Shown here piece after piece: positions 1-10,137 of a DNA stretch of 64,000 nt. Made by a program: the position numbers and the translations under genes. This DNA comes from Candidatus Latescibacterota bacterium (GTDB taxonomy: Bacteria > Latescibacterota > UBA2968 > UBA8231), in NCBI GenBank assembly GCA_963422735.1, contig OY730476.1, positions 3,488,001 to 3,552,000 on the forward strand. Reading direction: 5' to 3'. The notes beneath the pieces are model-generated. The model was not told the DNA's origin, did no database searches, and worked only from the letters and a program-made list of their open reading frames with translations. Numbering within the stretch: the first letter of the stretch is position 1; each line of letters starts with the position of its first letter.

Positions 1-327
1 CCCTATCCCACCCAGAGCTACTGCTTTGATAGTCGGACTAGATACCGCGTGGCGGACTACCGCTGCTCGGGCGGCACGGATTGGCTCCGCTCGCTCAGTG
101 CGGATCTGGCCTATATTGTCCTTGACGAAGTGTGGATTGCCGGCCGACCGGGCAAGCTGTTCACTGGGTTGGGCTACCGCCACCTAGACCCACTGACGAC
201 GTATGGAACCTTAGGGTTGTTTTTCGATGCTCCGGGCCGGACCGTTGGTGGTTTCAAGGTCCTAGTCGGCAAAGGCTACGTCACCTTGGGTCTGCTGTGG
301 GGCTTTGATTTGCGCCGCGTTTTTTAG
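1..327 (+). CDS. 5'-truncated hypothetical protein, possibly outer-membrane beta-barrel C-terminus
   Basis: Frame 1 is open from base 1 to TAG at 325-327; amphipathic strands and a terminal Phe (..LGLLWGFDLRRVF). Confidence 0.5.
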   Translation, partial: PYPTQSYCFDSRTRYRVADYRCSGGTDWLRSLSADLAYIVLDEVWIAGRPGKLFTGLGYRHLDPLTTYGTLGLFFDAPGRTVGGFKVLVGKGYVTLGLLWGFDLRRVF

Positions 328-334
328 AGGACGT

Positions 335-2896
335 ATGATCGCCTTGGCCCTTTGCGCCGCCTTGGCCCTCGCTCCGGTGGGTGCTGCCGCGCAGACGCTG
401 CCCGCCGAAGAGCATCCAAGCCTGCTCTTTTCTGCCGAAGACATTCCCCTACTCAAAGAGCGCATCCAGCGCGAACCCTATGCCACGTGGTGGCAGACCG
501 TGTTGCAGCGGGCGCGAAGTGCTCCGGCGACCTTTGCCGATGAGCGCGCCGAGGTACGCTACGCCAAGTCCCTCGCTTTCGCTTGGCTGATGACCGACGA
601 TGCCGCGTTTGCCGAGCGCGCGTTGGACGTGATGCAGGGGGTCGCGTTCCCGCCGCGAGGAGGCGATTTGGGCGAGCCGCACAACGAGGGCGAGGTCGTG
701 GCCCAGTACGCCGTGGCCTACGACATCCTGCACTCCTATGCTGCGGCCAACGACCCCGAGGCCCTGCAGGAGATGCGGTCAATCCTCAGCGAGGAAGCCG
801 ACCGCCTGTGGAAGGGCATCGTGATTGGCAAGGTGGGATTGGGGCTGTTCCCGGTCAAAATCCGTTTGCACGAGACCCCGCATCTCGACAACTGGCACAT
901 CCGCGCGTACGGCGGCCTCGGGCTGGCGGCCATGGCCTTGAGCGAGTACACCAGCGGCGCAGGTGCGCCGCAGGAATGGGCTGACCGCGCCTTTGAGATG
1001 GTCACCAGCAGCCTCGATTTCCAGATCGAAGGAAGGGACGGGGGATACGCGGAGGGGCCGTTCTACAGCCGCTACGCCGCGGATGTCTATTTGCCCTACT
1101 TGTTCGCGCTCAAGAACCGCACCGGCTTGGACTTGTTTGTCGGCCCCAAGATAGAAAAGATGCACGAATGGTCCCTGAACCTGCGGCTGCCCAATGGCCG
1201 GCGGCCCAACATCGACGACGGCCACTTAGACGATTTCTACGGGCATTACCTAGCGGCCGTGCAAGCCAACGGCGGGGTCCATCGCTGGGACTGGGAAAAC
1301 AACGAGCGCGGCCTGTACGTGCGCCGGTTTGCCGAGATGGACGCCATCGCTCTGTACGATGACAGTGTGCCCGCGCAAGAGCCGACGCACGGCCCGTCGG
1401 TTTTCATGCCAGGGGCTGGAGACGCCGTGTTCCGCAGCGACTGGTCGGCCACAGCCACCTACATGCTCTTGCGCGGCGAAAACGGCATCGCACGCGAGCA
1501 CGGGTTTGCGCACGAGCACCCCGACGGGACCAGCTTTGTGCTCTACGCCGGCGGCGAGATGCTGGCCGTAGATGCGGGTTATATCAATTTTGACAACCAC
1601 GACAAGGTCAACAAAGGCCGCAATCACAACGTGGTGCTAGTCGATGGCAAGGGGCCGCCGCGCCGGACCTTGCCCTTGGTGGGGAGTATCGGCGACCGCA
1701 ACGACGCTTTTATTAAGGCATTCTTCACGAGTGCTGCTGGTGACTACGCGGAAGTCCGCGCCGCCTACCGAGGGGTTGAGCTAAGGCGGCGGGTGTTTTT
1801 TGCCGACCATAGGTACTTCCTCGTGGCCGATGAGATCGACGACCCGGGCCGTCGCCGCAACCACGTCTACGAGTGGCGGCTGCACGGCAACGGCGGCGGT
1901 ACCAGCGGGGGCGCATATTCCCGTGCGGGCAACTTGGCGTTGGCGCGTTGGACGAGGGAAAAGGCCGAGTTGCTGGCGTTTTTGCCCGACCAGCCCGGCC
2001 GGATCGCCCTTGAGAGCGATGCGATCCATTCCTTTGACTATCGCCAAGAGCAGACCCACACGGTGTTGCGGGTACAGCAAGAGGGCGTTGCTGGGCGGTA
2101 CTTGGCGGTGCTGTATCCGCGGGCGATTGGGAGTGCCGAGCCGGCGTTTGAGACCGCATCCGCGCAAGGAGCCGAGGCGGCCGTAATGGCGTTGGCCGGG
2201 GTGCGGGATTTGGCTTGGCTCCGCAACGGCAATGCGTCCGAGGTCGCTGTATCCGGACCGGACGCGCGCTTGGTCAGCGACGCCCGCTTCGGCTATGTCC
2301 GCTATGTCGATGGTCAGCTCACCCGCTTTGTAGCCCAAGACGCGACCTACCTTTTGGCCGATGGAGAGACGGTCTTCCGCGCCAGCGAAATGATAGACGC
2401 GAGCATGGAGCGAGACGACTATACGGGTTTCGTGCGCGGCCCCGGCACGGGCTACCAGTTAAAAGTGCCCCACGCGGGAAACGAGTGGACCGCAGCTCGC
2501 TTCCTCGGCGGCGCATGGTTGGGCACGGCCGTAGAAGGCGACCTGCTCGTGCTGGAGCTAGCGGGCGAGGGGACGCTAGAACTGCGATCGGGCCAGCACG
2601 TCGAAGCGCAAAAGGAGGCGCAGCCGCACCCCGAGCGCTACGCCCTGCACCCCAACGCACCCAACCCGTTCAATCCGACGACCAAAATCCGCTTCGATTT
2701 GCCCACTTCCAGCTTGGTGCAACTGACAGTATACAACATCTTGGGGCAGGAGGTCGAGCGGCTGGTGGAAAGGCCGATGCCGCCGGGGCAACACGAGGTG
2801 GAATGGGACGCGGCCGGCTATCGGAGCGGCCTCTACTTCTACGCGCTCAAAGCCGATTCCTACCGAGCGCAGCACAAGATGATTTTGCTGCGCTGA
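335..2896 (+). CDS. Secreted heparinase II/III-family polysaccharide lyase with T9SS type-A/FlgD-like C-terminal domain
   Basis: GAGG RBS before ATG 335; signal peptide; HPSLLF, DNWH, EGPFY, VFRSDW, HEHPDGTSF and HNVVLVDG motifs; C-terminal PNAPNPFNPTTKI...KMILLR. Confidence 0.85.
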   Translation: MIALALCAALALAPVGAAAQTLPAEEHPSLLFSAEDIPLLKERIQREPYATWWQTVLQRARSAPATFADERAEVRYAKSLAFAWLMTDDAAFAERALDVMQGVAFPPRGGDLGEPHNEGEVVAQYAVAYDILHSYAAANDPEALQEMRSILSEEADRLWKGIVIGKVGLGLFPVKIRLHETPHLDNWHIRAYGGLGLAAMALSEYTSGAGAPQEWADRAFEMVTSSLDFQIEGRDGGYAEGPFYSRYAADVYLPYLFALKNRTGLDLFVGPKIEKMHEWSLNLRLPNGRRPNIDDGHLDDFYGHYLAAVQANGGVHRWDWENNERGLYVRRFAEMDAIALYDDSVPAQEPTHGPSVFMPGAGDAVFRSDWSATATYMLLRGENGIAREHGFAHEHPDGTSFVLYAGGEMLAVDAGYINFDNHDKVNKGRNHNVVLVDGKGPPRRTLPLVGSIGDRNDAFIKAFFTSAAGDYAEVRAAYRGVELRRRVFFADHRYFLVADEIDDPGRRRNHVYEWRLHGNGGGTSGGAYSRAGNLALARWTREKAELLAFLPDQPGRIALESDAIHSFDYRQEQTHTVLRVQQEGVAGRYLAVLYPRAIGSAEPAFETASAQGAEAAVMALAGVRDLAWLRNGNASEVAVSGPDARLVSDARFGYVRYVDGQLTRFVAQDATYLLADGETVFRASEMIDASMERDDYTGFVRGPGTGYQLKVPHAGNEWTAARFLGGAWLGTAVEGDLLVLELAGEGTLELRSGQHVEAQKEAQPHPERYALHPNAPNPFNPTTKIRFDLPTSSLVQLTVYNILGQEVERLVERPMPPGQHEVEWDAAGYRSGLYFYALKADSYRAQHKMILLR

Positions 2897-2902
2897 GTTG
2901 TT

Positions 2903-3346
2903 TTACTTTTCTATGACATAGCGCAGTACGGCCGCGACTTGCTCGGGTGCATGCGCCACGGCGAGTGCGGCCGCATCCACCTCCTTGAGGGCGTGTTGCA
3001 ACTCGGGCGGGTGGAGGACGATCAGCGGCTTGTTGCAGGCGGCGGCAAACCCCGCGTCAAAGGCCGCGTTCCACTGGCGGTACTGGTCGCCGAAGCGCAC
3101 CACCACCAAGTGGGAGTCGCGGATTAGGGAGCGGGTACGGATGGCGTTGAGCTGAGCACCTTTGCGATCCTTCCAAAAGCTGCTTTCCTCCGGCCCGAGA
3201 ATATCGACGCCGCAATTGTCGCTAGCCGCGTGGTCGGCGACCGGAGCGGTGAACTCGACCGGCAGGTCGCTGGCCGCTTGGACGATGCGCTCTCGCCAGT
3301 CGCTGTGAATCTCGCCGGATAGATAGACCTTCCACTGTTTGGACAT
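2903..3346 (-). CDS. YtoQ-family (nucleoside 2-deoxyribosyltransferase-like) protein
   Basis: MSKQWKVYLSGEIHSDWR...VVVRFGDQYRQWNAAFDAG...LKEVDAAA. True start is ATG 3346; the longer ORF extension overlaps a + strand gene. Confidence 0.85.
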   Translation of the reverse strand: MSKQWKVYLSGEIHSDWRERIVQAASDLPVEFTAPVADHAASDNCGVDILGPEESSFWKDRKGAQLNAIRTRSLIRDSHLVVVRFGDQYRQWNAAFDAGFAAACNKPLIVLHPPELQHALKEVDAAALAVAHAPEQVAAVLRYVIEK

Positions 3347-3500
3347 GGGGTCCCTTTTGGCGTGGTGAGTTGGAGCGGCAGGTCGCTGCCTGCCGATAGT
3401 AGAGGGTAGATAACGCAATTTGTCCCGATTGCGGCCAACCTCTATCTTTTTTGCGATGTTAAGTCCGTTGTCAGGCGATGTCAACACAGGAGAGTTTGTC

Positions 3501-3794
3501 ATGAAATCGGCACTTGAGCTGGCCATGGAAAAGGCCAACGCGGCGGTTGGGGGTGCAGAGGGGGTCAAGCTGACAGACGAGCAGAAAGAGGCTATAGACC
3601 AAGTGCGCAAGCAGTACGAGGCCAAATGGGCCGAGCAAGAGATCGCGCTCAAAGGGCAGCTAGAACAGGCCACGGGCGCAGACCCGCAGGCCCTAGTCGA
3701 AGCGCGTCGCCAAGTGCAGGAGCAAATGAGCAAGGTCCGCAACGAGCTCTTTGCCGAGCGCGACGCCAAAATCGAGGCACTTCGCAACCAGTAG
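3501..3794 (+). CDS. Small conserved helical hypothetical protein (MKSALELAMEK...)
   Basis: AGGAG RBS, coiled-coil composition, recognisable conserved N-terminus. Confidence 0.7.
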   Translation: MKSALELAMEKANAAVGGAEGVKLTDEQKEAIDQVRKQYEAKWAEQEIALKGQLEQATGADPQALVEARRQVQEQMSKVRNELFAERDAKIEALRNQ

Positions 3795-3828
3795 GGCGAG
3801 GCTACTCTGCAATCCATCGGAGCCAGCT

Positions 3829-5508
3829 ATGCAGCCAAACTACGAAGTCGATATGAGATTGAACATCCGAACGCCTATGCGGGACGGCGTCGATCTTTCT
3901 TCCGACCTCTATTTGCCGAGGGCATCGGGTAGGTTCCCGACCGCGTTGATGCGCACGCCGTACGACAACAACGCGCCGCCCATGATCGAGAAGGCCATGC
4001 GACTCGCCAATAACGGCTATGCCTGCGTCATCCAAGACGTGCGGGGGCGCTGGGACTCCGACGGCGTTCACTACGCGCTGTTCGACCACGGCCCGGACGG
4101 TTTTGATACGCAGGGATGGATTGGCCAGCAGGAGTGGAGCGACGGCAGAATCGGCATGGCCGGAGGCTCCTACCTCGGGTGGGTGCAGTGGCAGAGCGCG
4201 CCTCACCGCAGCCAGCACCTGACGTGCATGGCACCAAGGGTCATGTGCTGCGATCTGTACTCGGGCCTAATACACCCCGGCGGGGCGTTCCAACTCAACG
4301 TCGCCCTCACGTGGGGGATGCGGACCAATGGCCGGACCGCTCAGAGCATCGAGTACCACAACTGGACGGAGGCCTTTCGCGCTATCCCACTCATCGACAT
4401 GGATCAACAGGCAGGCAGAACCCTACAGTTTTGGCAGGATTGGGTGACGCACACCGAATACGATTCCTACTGGGACTCGGTCAACGTCGAAAACAAGTGG
4501 GGCGAAATCGCGGCTCCCGCCCTGATAATGGGAGGCTGGTACGACCTCTACTCTCACAATACCTTTATCAACTTCAATGGTCTAAGGCTGCATGGGCGGA
4601 CGCCCGAAGCGAGGCAAAGTCAGCTCATCGTCGGTCCTTGGCCTCACGCGCTCAGTGTTTCTACCAAGACCGGTGACATCGACTTCGGCGCGAACTCGTT
4701 GTACGATTTGGAGGCGTTGGAGTTGCGTTGGTTTGATTATTGGCTCAAGGGCATCGACAACGGCATCGTCGGCGAGGCCCCGCTGCGGCTCTTCATAATG
4801 GGCGTCAATGAATGGAGAGACGAGTGCGAATGGCCGCTGGCTAGGACCGACTGGCAAAAGTGGTATCTGCACTCTTCGGGTAATGCCAACACGCTGTTGG
4901 GGGACGGCGGTCTGTCGCCGGCTGAGCCGGGCGACGAGCCTGCGGATCACTTTGCGTACGATCCCGATTTTCCCGTGCAGACCGCGGGAGGAAACAACTG
5001 TTGCTCGCCCCACATTGTGCCTTGGGGGCCGTACGATCAGCGCGATGTGGAGATGAGAGCCGACGTGCTCTGTTATACCAGCGAGCCTTTGGAAGCCGAC
5101 CTTGAGGTGACCGGGCCGATCAAGGTGGTTCTATACGCGGCTACAGACGGGCTGGATACCGACTGGACCGCCAAGCTGGTGGACGTATCAATCAGCGGGT
5201 ACGCCAAGAACCTCTGCGATGGCATCGTCCGGGCCCGCTATCGCGAGGGCTTTTCCTCACCTAAGTTGCTCCAGCCCGATCGAACGTACCAGTACGAGAT
5301 TGATCTCGCCGTCACCGGCAATGTCTTCAAGAAGGGGCACCGGATCAGGGTCGAAGTGTCCTCATCCAATTTCCCGCGCTTCGACAGAAACCACAACACC
5401 GGCAATGACCTCGGCACGGACACCGAAATGCGCCGCGCGCAACAGACGGTCCAACACTCCAGAATGCATCCGTCTCACGTACTTTTGCCGGTGATTCCGC
5501 ACCAGTAG
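3829..5508 (+). CDS. CocE/NonD-family hydrolase (peptidase S15-like)
   Basis: PMRDGVDL, RTPY, QDVRGR, GGSYLG nucleophile elbow, GGWYD, GPWPH, SSSNFPRFDRN. Confidence 0.92.
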   Translation: MQPNYEVDMRLNIRTPMRDGVDLSSDLYLPRASGRFPTALMRTPYDNNAPPMIEKAMRLANNGYACVIQDVRGRWDSDGVHYALFDHGPDGFDTQGWIGQQEWSDGRIGMAGGSYLGWVQWQSAPHRSQHLTCMAPRVMCCDLYSGLIHPGGAFQLNVALTWGMRTNGRTAQSIEYHNWTEAFRAIPLIDMDQQAGRTLQFWQDWVTHTEYDSYWDSVNVENKWGEIAAPALIMGGWYDLYSHNTFINFNGLRLHGRTPEARQSQLIVGPWPHALSVSTKTGDIDFGANSLYDLEALELRWFDYWLKGIDNGIVGEAPLRLFIMGVNEWRDECEWPLARTDWQKWYLHSSGNANTLLGDGGLSPAEPGDEPADHFAYDPDFPVQTAGGNNCCSPHIVPWGPYDQRDVEMRADVLCYTSEPLEADLEVTGPIKVVLYAATDGLDTDWTAKLVDVSISGYAKNLCDGIVRARYREGFSSPKLLQPDRTYQYEIDLAVTGNVFKKGHRIRVEVSSSNFPRFDRNHNTGNDLGTDTEMRRAQQTVQHSRMHPSHVLLPVIPHQ

Positions 5509-5573
5509 TCAGCTATTCGTCGCCGTTCAATTTTCACGGGAATCAAGCACCTGTCAGCGAGTATCGGCGACAA

Positions 5574-5602
5574 TTGACAGTGCAAATTTTAGGGCCTACT
5601 AT
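5574..5602 (+). promoter_or_regulatory. Sigma70-type promoter of gltA
   Basis: TTGACA-N17-TACTAT about 80 bp upstream of the ATG. Confidence 0.7.
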
Positions 5603-5683
5603 CTGACTAAAACAGCACCTCCATCTCGCTTGGGGCACGGCTCAGCGCACTCGGATCCCGATTTACATTAAGGAGAGCAAGAC

Positions 5684-6967
5684 ATGGCGGAAACTGCCCG
5701 CTTGCAGGTCGAGGGCCAGATCGTCGAACTACCCATCGTCATCGGCAGCGAGAGCGAAAAGGCGCTCGATATTGCCAAATTGCGCGCCGAGATCGGGTAT
5801 ATCGCCTTAGATCCTGGCTACGGCAATACGGGCTCTTGCCAGAGCGATATCACCTTTATCGACGGCGATGCGGGCATCCTGCGCTACCGAGGCTACGCGA
5901 TCGAGGACTTGGCCGAGTACAGTCGCTTCATTGAGGTCGCCTATTTGCTGATCTGGGGCGAATTGCCCAACGCCGCGCGGCTAGACGAGTTCAGTGCGCT
6001 GCTGACCAAACACCAGATGCTGCGCGAGGGACTAAAGCAACACTTCGGCCTCTTCCCGCCCAACTCGCCGCCAATGGCCGTCTTGTCCTCGGTACTCAAC
6101 GCCTTGAGTTGCTACTACCCCGAGCTGTTGGAGATTCAGGACGAGGAGACCTTCATCGAAGCGGCCGCGCGCATCATGTCCAAGGTCCGCACCATTGCCG
6201 CCTATTCCTACCGCCAGCAGCAGGGTCACCACATCGAGTACCCACATCCCAAGAAACGGTACGCAGAGAATTTCCTGCACATGATGTTCAGCCAGCCGTA
6301 CAACGAGTTTGAGGCGGACCCGGTGCTGGTTGACGCGCTGGATTTGATCTTTCTCCTCCACGCCGACCACGAGCAGAATTGCAGCACCTCTACGGTGCGG
6401 ATGGTCGGCAGCAGCGAAGCCAATCTCTTCGCCTCGGTGGCGGCGGGCGTCTCCGCCCTGTGGGGGCCGCTGCACGGCGGGGCTAATGTGGCGGTGGTGG
6501 ACATGCTAGAGAAAATCCGCGACGAAAATATCTCGGTCGGCGACTACGTTGCTCAGATCAAGGACAAGAAGGCCGGGATCCGCTTGATGGGGTTTGGGCA
6601 TCGGGTGTATAAGAACTTTGACCCGCGCGCCAAGATCATCAAAAGGGGCTGCGAGAAAGTTTTGGCCAAGCGCCACATCAACGACCCCCTGCTCGACATA
6701 GCTAAAGAGCTGGAAGCCGTAGCGCTGGGGGACGAGTACTTCATCCAGCGCAAGCTTTATCCCAACGTGGATTTCTACAGTGGCGTCATTCTCCGCGCCC
6801 TCGGCATTCCCAAGGAGATGTTCACCGTGATCTTCGCCATCGGCCGCATGCCGGGCTGGATCGCGCATTGGTACGAGGAGAGCAAAGCCACCAAAATCAG
6901 CCGCCCGCGTCAGGTTTACACCGGCTCGGTTCAGCGCACCTATCAGCCTCTCGCAGAGCGGCCCTAA
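5684..6967 (+). CDS. gltA: Citrate synthase
   Basis: LHADHEQNCSTS, GPLHGGAN, GFGHRVYK, YPNVDFYSG motifs; AAGGAG RBS. Confidence 0.97.
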   Translation: MAETARLQVEGQIVELPIVIGSESEKALDIAKLRAEIGYIALDPGYGNTGSCQSDITFIDGDAGILRYRGYAIEDLAEYSRFIEVAYLLIWGELPNAARLDEFSALLTKHQMLREGLKQHFGLFPPNSPPMAVLSSVLNALSCYYPELLEIQDEETFIEAAARIMSKVRTIAAYSYRQQQGHHIEYPHPKKRYAENFLHMMFSQPYNEFEADPVLVDALDLIFLLHADHEQNCSTSTVRMVGSSEANLFASVAAGVSALWGPLHGGANVAVVDMLEKIRDENISVGDYVAQIKDKKAGIRLMGFGHRVYKNFDPRAKIIKRGCEKVLAKRHINDPLLDIAKELEAVALGDEYFIQRKLYPNVDFYSGVILRALGIPKEMFTVIFAIGRMPGWIAHWYEESKATKISRPRQVYTGSVQRTYQPLAERP

Positions 6968-7018
6968 GCGCGGGTCGGCGATTAAAGTTTGTCTAAATAA
7001 TTGAGAAAGGATTAGGGG

Positions 7019-7309
7019 ATGCAGCCTAGAATCAGTATGCGCCACGGCAGGATTTCAGAAGAAACCAAAGCACACATTACTAATTCTTGTATTAAGCTCG
7101 AAAACTACTTCGACCGCATCGTGGATTGCGAAGTCATCCTCGACAAGGAAAAGCACAACGACAAAGTAGAAATTATCGTCAAGGTGCCGCACCGCACGTT
7201 TGCGGCTACAGGGACGGCAGACAATCTCTACAAAGCCCTCGCCGAAGCCGAGTCCAAAATCGAGAGTCAGCTTAAAAAACACCACGACAAGCTGGTGTCC
7301 CACCACTGA
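7019..7309 (+). CDS. hpf: Ribosome hibernation promoting factor / RaiA
   Basis: 96 aa; KLENYFDRI...NLYKALAEAESKIESQLKKHHDK. Confidence 0.85.
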   Translation: MQPRISMRHGRISEETKAHITNSCIKLENYFDRIVDCEVILDKEKHNDKVEIIVKVPHRTFAATGTADNLYKALAEAESKIESQLKKHHDKLVSHH

Positions 7310-7312
7310 TAA

Positions 7313-8461
7313 ATGATCGTTGGTATCGCACGAGAGACCTTCGCTGGTGAGCATCGGGTCGCCTTGGTCCCGGAGGCTGTGTCCGGGTTGTCGGCCTGCA
7401 ACGCGGACATCCTAATAGAGCCGGGCGCGGGTGACGCAGCCGGCTATGCCGATGCGGCCTATGCCGACCGCGACGCCGAGATCGCCGCCAACCGCGCCGA
7501 GGTATTTGCCCGCGCCGACGTGGTGCTACAGGTGCGTACGCTCGGCGCGAACCCAGAAGCCGGCCGCGCCGACTTGGCCCGGATCCGCTCCGGCCAAGTC
7601 CTCATCGGGGCCTCGGATCCGCTGACCGCTGGCCCGCAGCTAGCTGCGCTGGCCGATGCCGGAGTGACCCTGTTCGCCATGGAACTGATTCCGCGCATTA
7701 CCCGCGCCCAGAGCATGGATGTGCTCTCGTCTATGGCCACGATTGCCGGCTACAAAGCGGTGCTCTTGGCCGCTGCGGCCCTGCCGCGCATGTTTCCGCT
7801 GTTGATGACGGCCGCTGGCACGTTGACCCCGGCCCGGGTGCTAGTTATCGGCGCAGGGGTCGCCGGTCTCCAGGCCATTGCCACGGCCCGTCGCCTAGGA
7901 GCGGTCATCCGGGCGTACGATGTGCGGCCAGCGGTTAAAGAACAGGTCGAGAGCCTCGGGGCCGAGTTCGTGGAGCTGGACATTGACGCTGGCGACTCCG
8001 AGGACGCGGGCGGGTACGCCCGGGCGCAGGACGAGGTGTTCTACCACCGCCAGCGCGAGGAATTGGCCAAAGTCGCTGGCCAGAGCGACGTGGTAATTAC
8101 CACGGCCGCCATACCGGGGCAGCCAGCACCTCTGTTGATTACAGCCGCGGCCGTGCAGAGCATGGGGCCGGGGTCGGTCATCGTCGATTTGGCGGCTGAG
8201 CGCGGTGGCAACTGCGAGCTGACGCGCTCCGGGGAGACGGTCGTAGAGGGCGGAGTGCAGATCATGGGGCCGCTCAATCTGCCGGCGACCGTGCCGCACC
8301 ACGCCAGCCAAATGTACTCGCACAATATCGCGACCTTCTTCCGGCATTTAGCGGGCGAGGGTGAGTTGCAATTCGACATGGAAGACGAAATCACGCGCGA
8401 GACCTTGGTGCTGCGCAACGGTGAGATCGTCCATCCGCGCATTCGCAAAGGAACCTCATAG
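7313..8461 (+). CDS. pntAA: NAD(P) transhydrogenase alpha subunit part 1
   Basis: EHRVALVP, PRITRAQSMDVLSS, GAGVAGLQA, DLAAERGGNC. Confidence 0.95.
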   Translation: MIVGIARETFAGEHRVALVPEAVSGLSACNADILIEPGAGDAAGYADAAYADRDAEIAANRAEVFARADVVLQVRTLGANPEAGRADLARIRSGQVLIGASDPLTAGPQLAALADAGVTLFAMELIPRITRAQSMDVLSSMATIAGYKAVLLAAAALPRMFPLLMTAAGTLTPARVLVIGAGVAGLQAIATARRLGAVIRAYDVRPAVKEQVESLGAEFVELDIDAGDSEDAGGYARAQDEVFYHRQREELAKVAGQSDVVITTAAIPGQPAPLLITAAAVQSMGPGSVIVDLAAERGGNCELTRSGETVVEGGVQIMGPLNLPATVPHHASQMYSHNIATFFRHLAGEGELQFDMEDEITRETLVLRNGEIVHPRIRKGTS

Positions 8462-8743
8462 ATGGACGTCCTCGTGACCGCGCTGACGGTGTTTGCCCTA
8501 GCCGTCTTCGTCGGCTTTGAAATCATCACCAAGATCCCGCCGACCCTGCACACGCCGCTGATGTCCGGCTCCAACGCCATCTCCGGCATCACCCTGATCG
8601 GCGCGCTGCTCTCGGCTGGTTCCGAGCACTCGGCCTTGGCGACCTATTTGGGGTTGGCGGCCGTCGTCTTCGCCACCATCAACGTGGTAGGTGGGTTCAT
8701 GGTGACGCACCGCATGTTGGGGATGTTCAGGAGGCGGGACTAG
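8462..8743 (+). CDS. pntAB: NAD(P) transhydrogenase alpha subunit part 2
   Basis: PPTLHTPLMSGSNAISG, NVVGGFMVTHRML. Confidence 0.95.
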   Translation: MDVLVTALTVFALAVFVGFEIITKIPPTLHTPLMSGSNAISGITLIGALLSAGSEHSALATYLGLAAVVFATINVVGGFMVTHRMLGMFRRRD

Positions 8744-8746
8744 CGC

Positions 8747-10120
8747 ATGAGCGCGACCCTGATTAACTTCGCCTACCTGGTCGCCTCGGTTCTCTTCATC
8801 CTCGGCCTCAAGGGGCTGACGCACCCGCGCACAGCCGTCCGCGGCAACTTGCTGGGGGCCTTGGGGATGTTGTTGGCCGTCGTCGCCACCCTTTTGGATC
8901 AGCGAATTCTCTCCGGCGAATACATTTTGCTCGGCGTAGTCGTTGGCGCGCTAGTTGGCATGGTCCTCGCGGTAAAAATTTCCCTAACCTCCATGCCCGA
9001 GTTGGTAGCGGCTTTTAACGGCTTGGGCGGCGGTGCCTCCGCGCTGGTGGCTGGCGCGGCGCTGATCGAGGCGCAGGCTCCTTCCTACCAATTCACGGCT
9101 GCCACGGCCGCCTCTGGGATCATCGGCGCGGTGACCTTCTGGGGTAGTATCGTGGCCTTCCTCAAGCTGATGGAAGTGCTCAAAGGCTTGGTCCGGTTTC
9201 CCGGCCAGCAGTTTTTCAACGGAGTGCTGGCCCTCGGAAGCGCGGGCTTGGCTGCTTGGCTGGTGCTGGGCGAGCCGGACGCCTTCTGGGCCATGGTCTG
9301 CGCGGCCTCGCTGTTGGGCGTATTGCTCGTGGTGCCCATAGGCGGAGCCGATATGCCGGTGGTGATTGCCTTGCTCAATTCGTGCTCGGGTCTGGCCGCG
9401 GCCGCCACCGGCTTTGTGCTCGACAACAACGTGCTGATTACCGCGGGATCGCTGGTGGGTGCCTCGGGGCTGATTTTGACGCAAATCATGTGCCGGGCCA
9501 TGAACCGCTCGCTGGGCAATGTACTCTTCGGCGGCGTTGGTGCCGAGGTCGCAAGCGGCACCAGCGACGACGAGGTCTATGCCGGCAAGATCAAATCAAC
9601 CTCGGCCGAGGAAGTCGCGCTGCTGTTTGACACGGCCCGGCGCGTGGTGGTGGTCCCCGGCTACGGCATGGCCGTGGGCCAAGCACAACACGCCGTGCGG
9701 GACTTGGCCAATTTGCTCGAAGAGCGCGGCGTCGAGGTGGCGTATGCGATTCACCCGGTGGCGGGTCGGATGCCGGGCCACATGAACGTGCTACTGGCCG
9801 AGGCCGAAGTGCCCTACGACAAGCTGGTGGAGATGGATCGGATCAACCCGACCTTCCAGCAGACCGATGTGGCGCTGATCATCGGTGCCAATGATGTGGT
9901 CAATCCCCTCGCCCGCGATGCGGATTCTGGGCCGATTGCCGGGATGCCCATCCTCGACGTGGATAATGCACGCACGGTGGTAGTAATTAAGCGGAGCCTG
10001 AGTCCGGGGTTTGCCGGGCTGCCCAATCCGCTGTTTGCCGCGGAAAATGCGCTGATGTTTTTCGGCAATGCCCGGGAGGCTGTGTTGGATTTAGTGGCCG
10101 CGGTAAAGGAGAGCGGATAG
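8747..10120 (+). CDS. pntB: NAD(P) transhydrogenase beta subunit
   Basis: IGGADMPVVI, VPGYGMAV, HPVAGRMPGHMNV, GANDVVNP. Confidence 0.96.
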   Translation: MSATLINFAYLVASVLFILGLKGLTHPRTAVRGNLLGALGMLLAVVATLLDQRILSGEYILLGVVVGALVGMVLAVKISLTSMPELVAAFNGLGGGASALVAGAALIEAQAPSYQFTAATAASGIIGAVTFWGSIVAFLKLMEVLKGLVRFPGQQFFNGVLALGSAGLAAWLVLGEPDAFWAMVCAASLLGVLLVVPIGGADMPVVIALLNSCSGLAAAATGFVLDNNVLITAGSLVGASGLILTQIMCRAMNRSLGNVLFGGVGAEVASGTSDDEVYAGKIKSTSAEEVALLFDTARRVVVVPGYGMAVGQAQHAVRDLANLLEERGVEVAYAIHPVAGRMPGHMNVLLAEAEVPYDKLVEMDRINPTFQQTDVALIIGANDVVNPLARDADSGPIAGMPILDVDNARTVVVIKRSLSPGFAGLPNPLFAAENALMFFGNAREAVLDLVAAVKESG

Positions 10121-10137
10121 GTGCTGTTTCTCCGCAG

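Noticed and set aside
3347-3817. N-terminal extension of the 304-aa minus-strand ORF
   Set aside because: It is antisense to the 3501-3794 gene; YtoQ similarity begins at ATG 3346.
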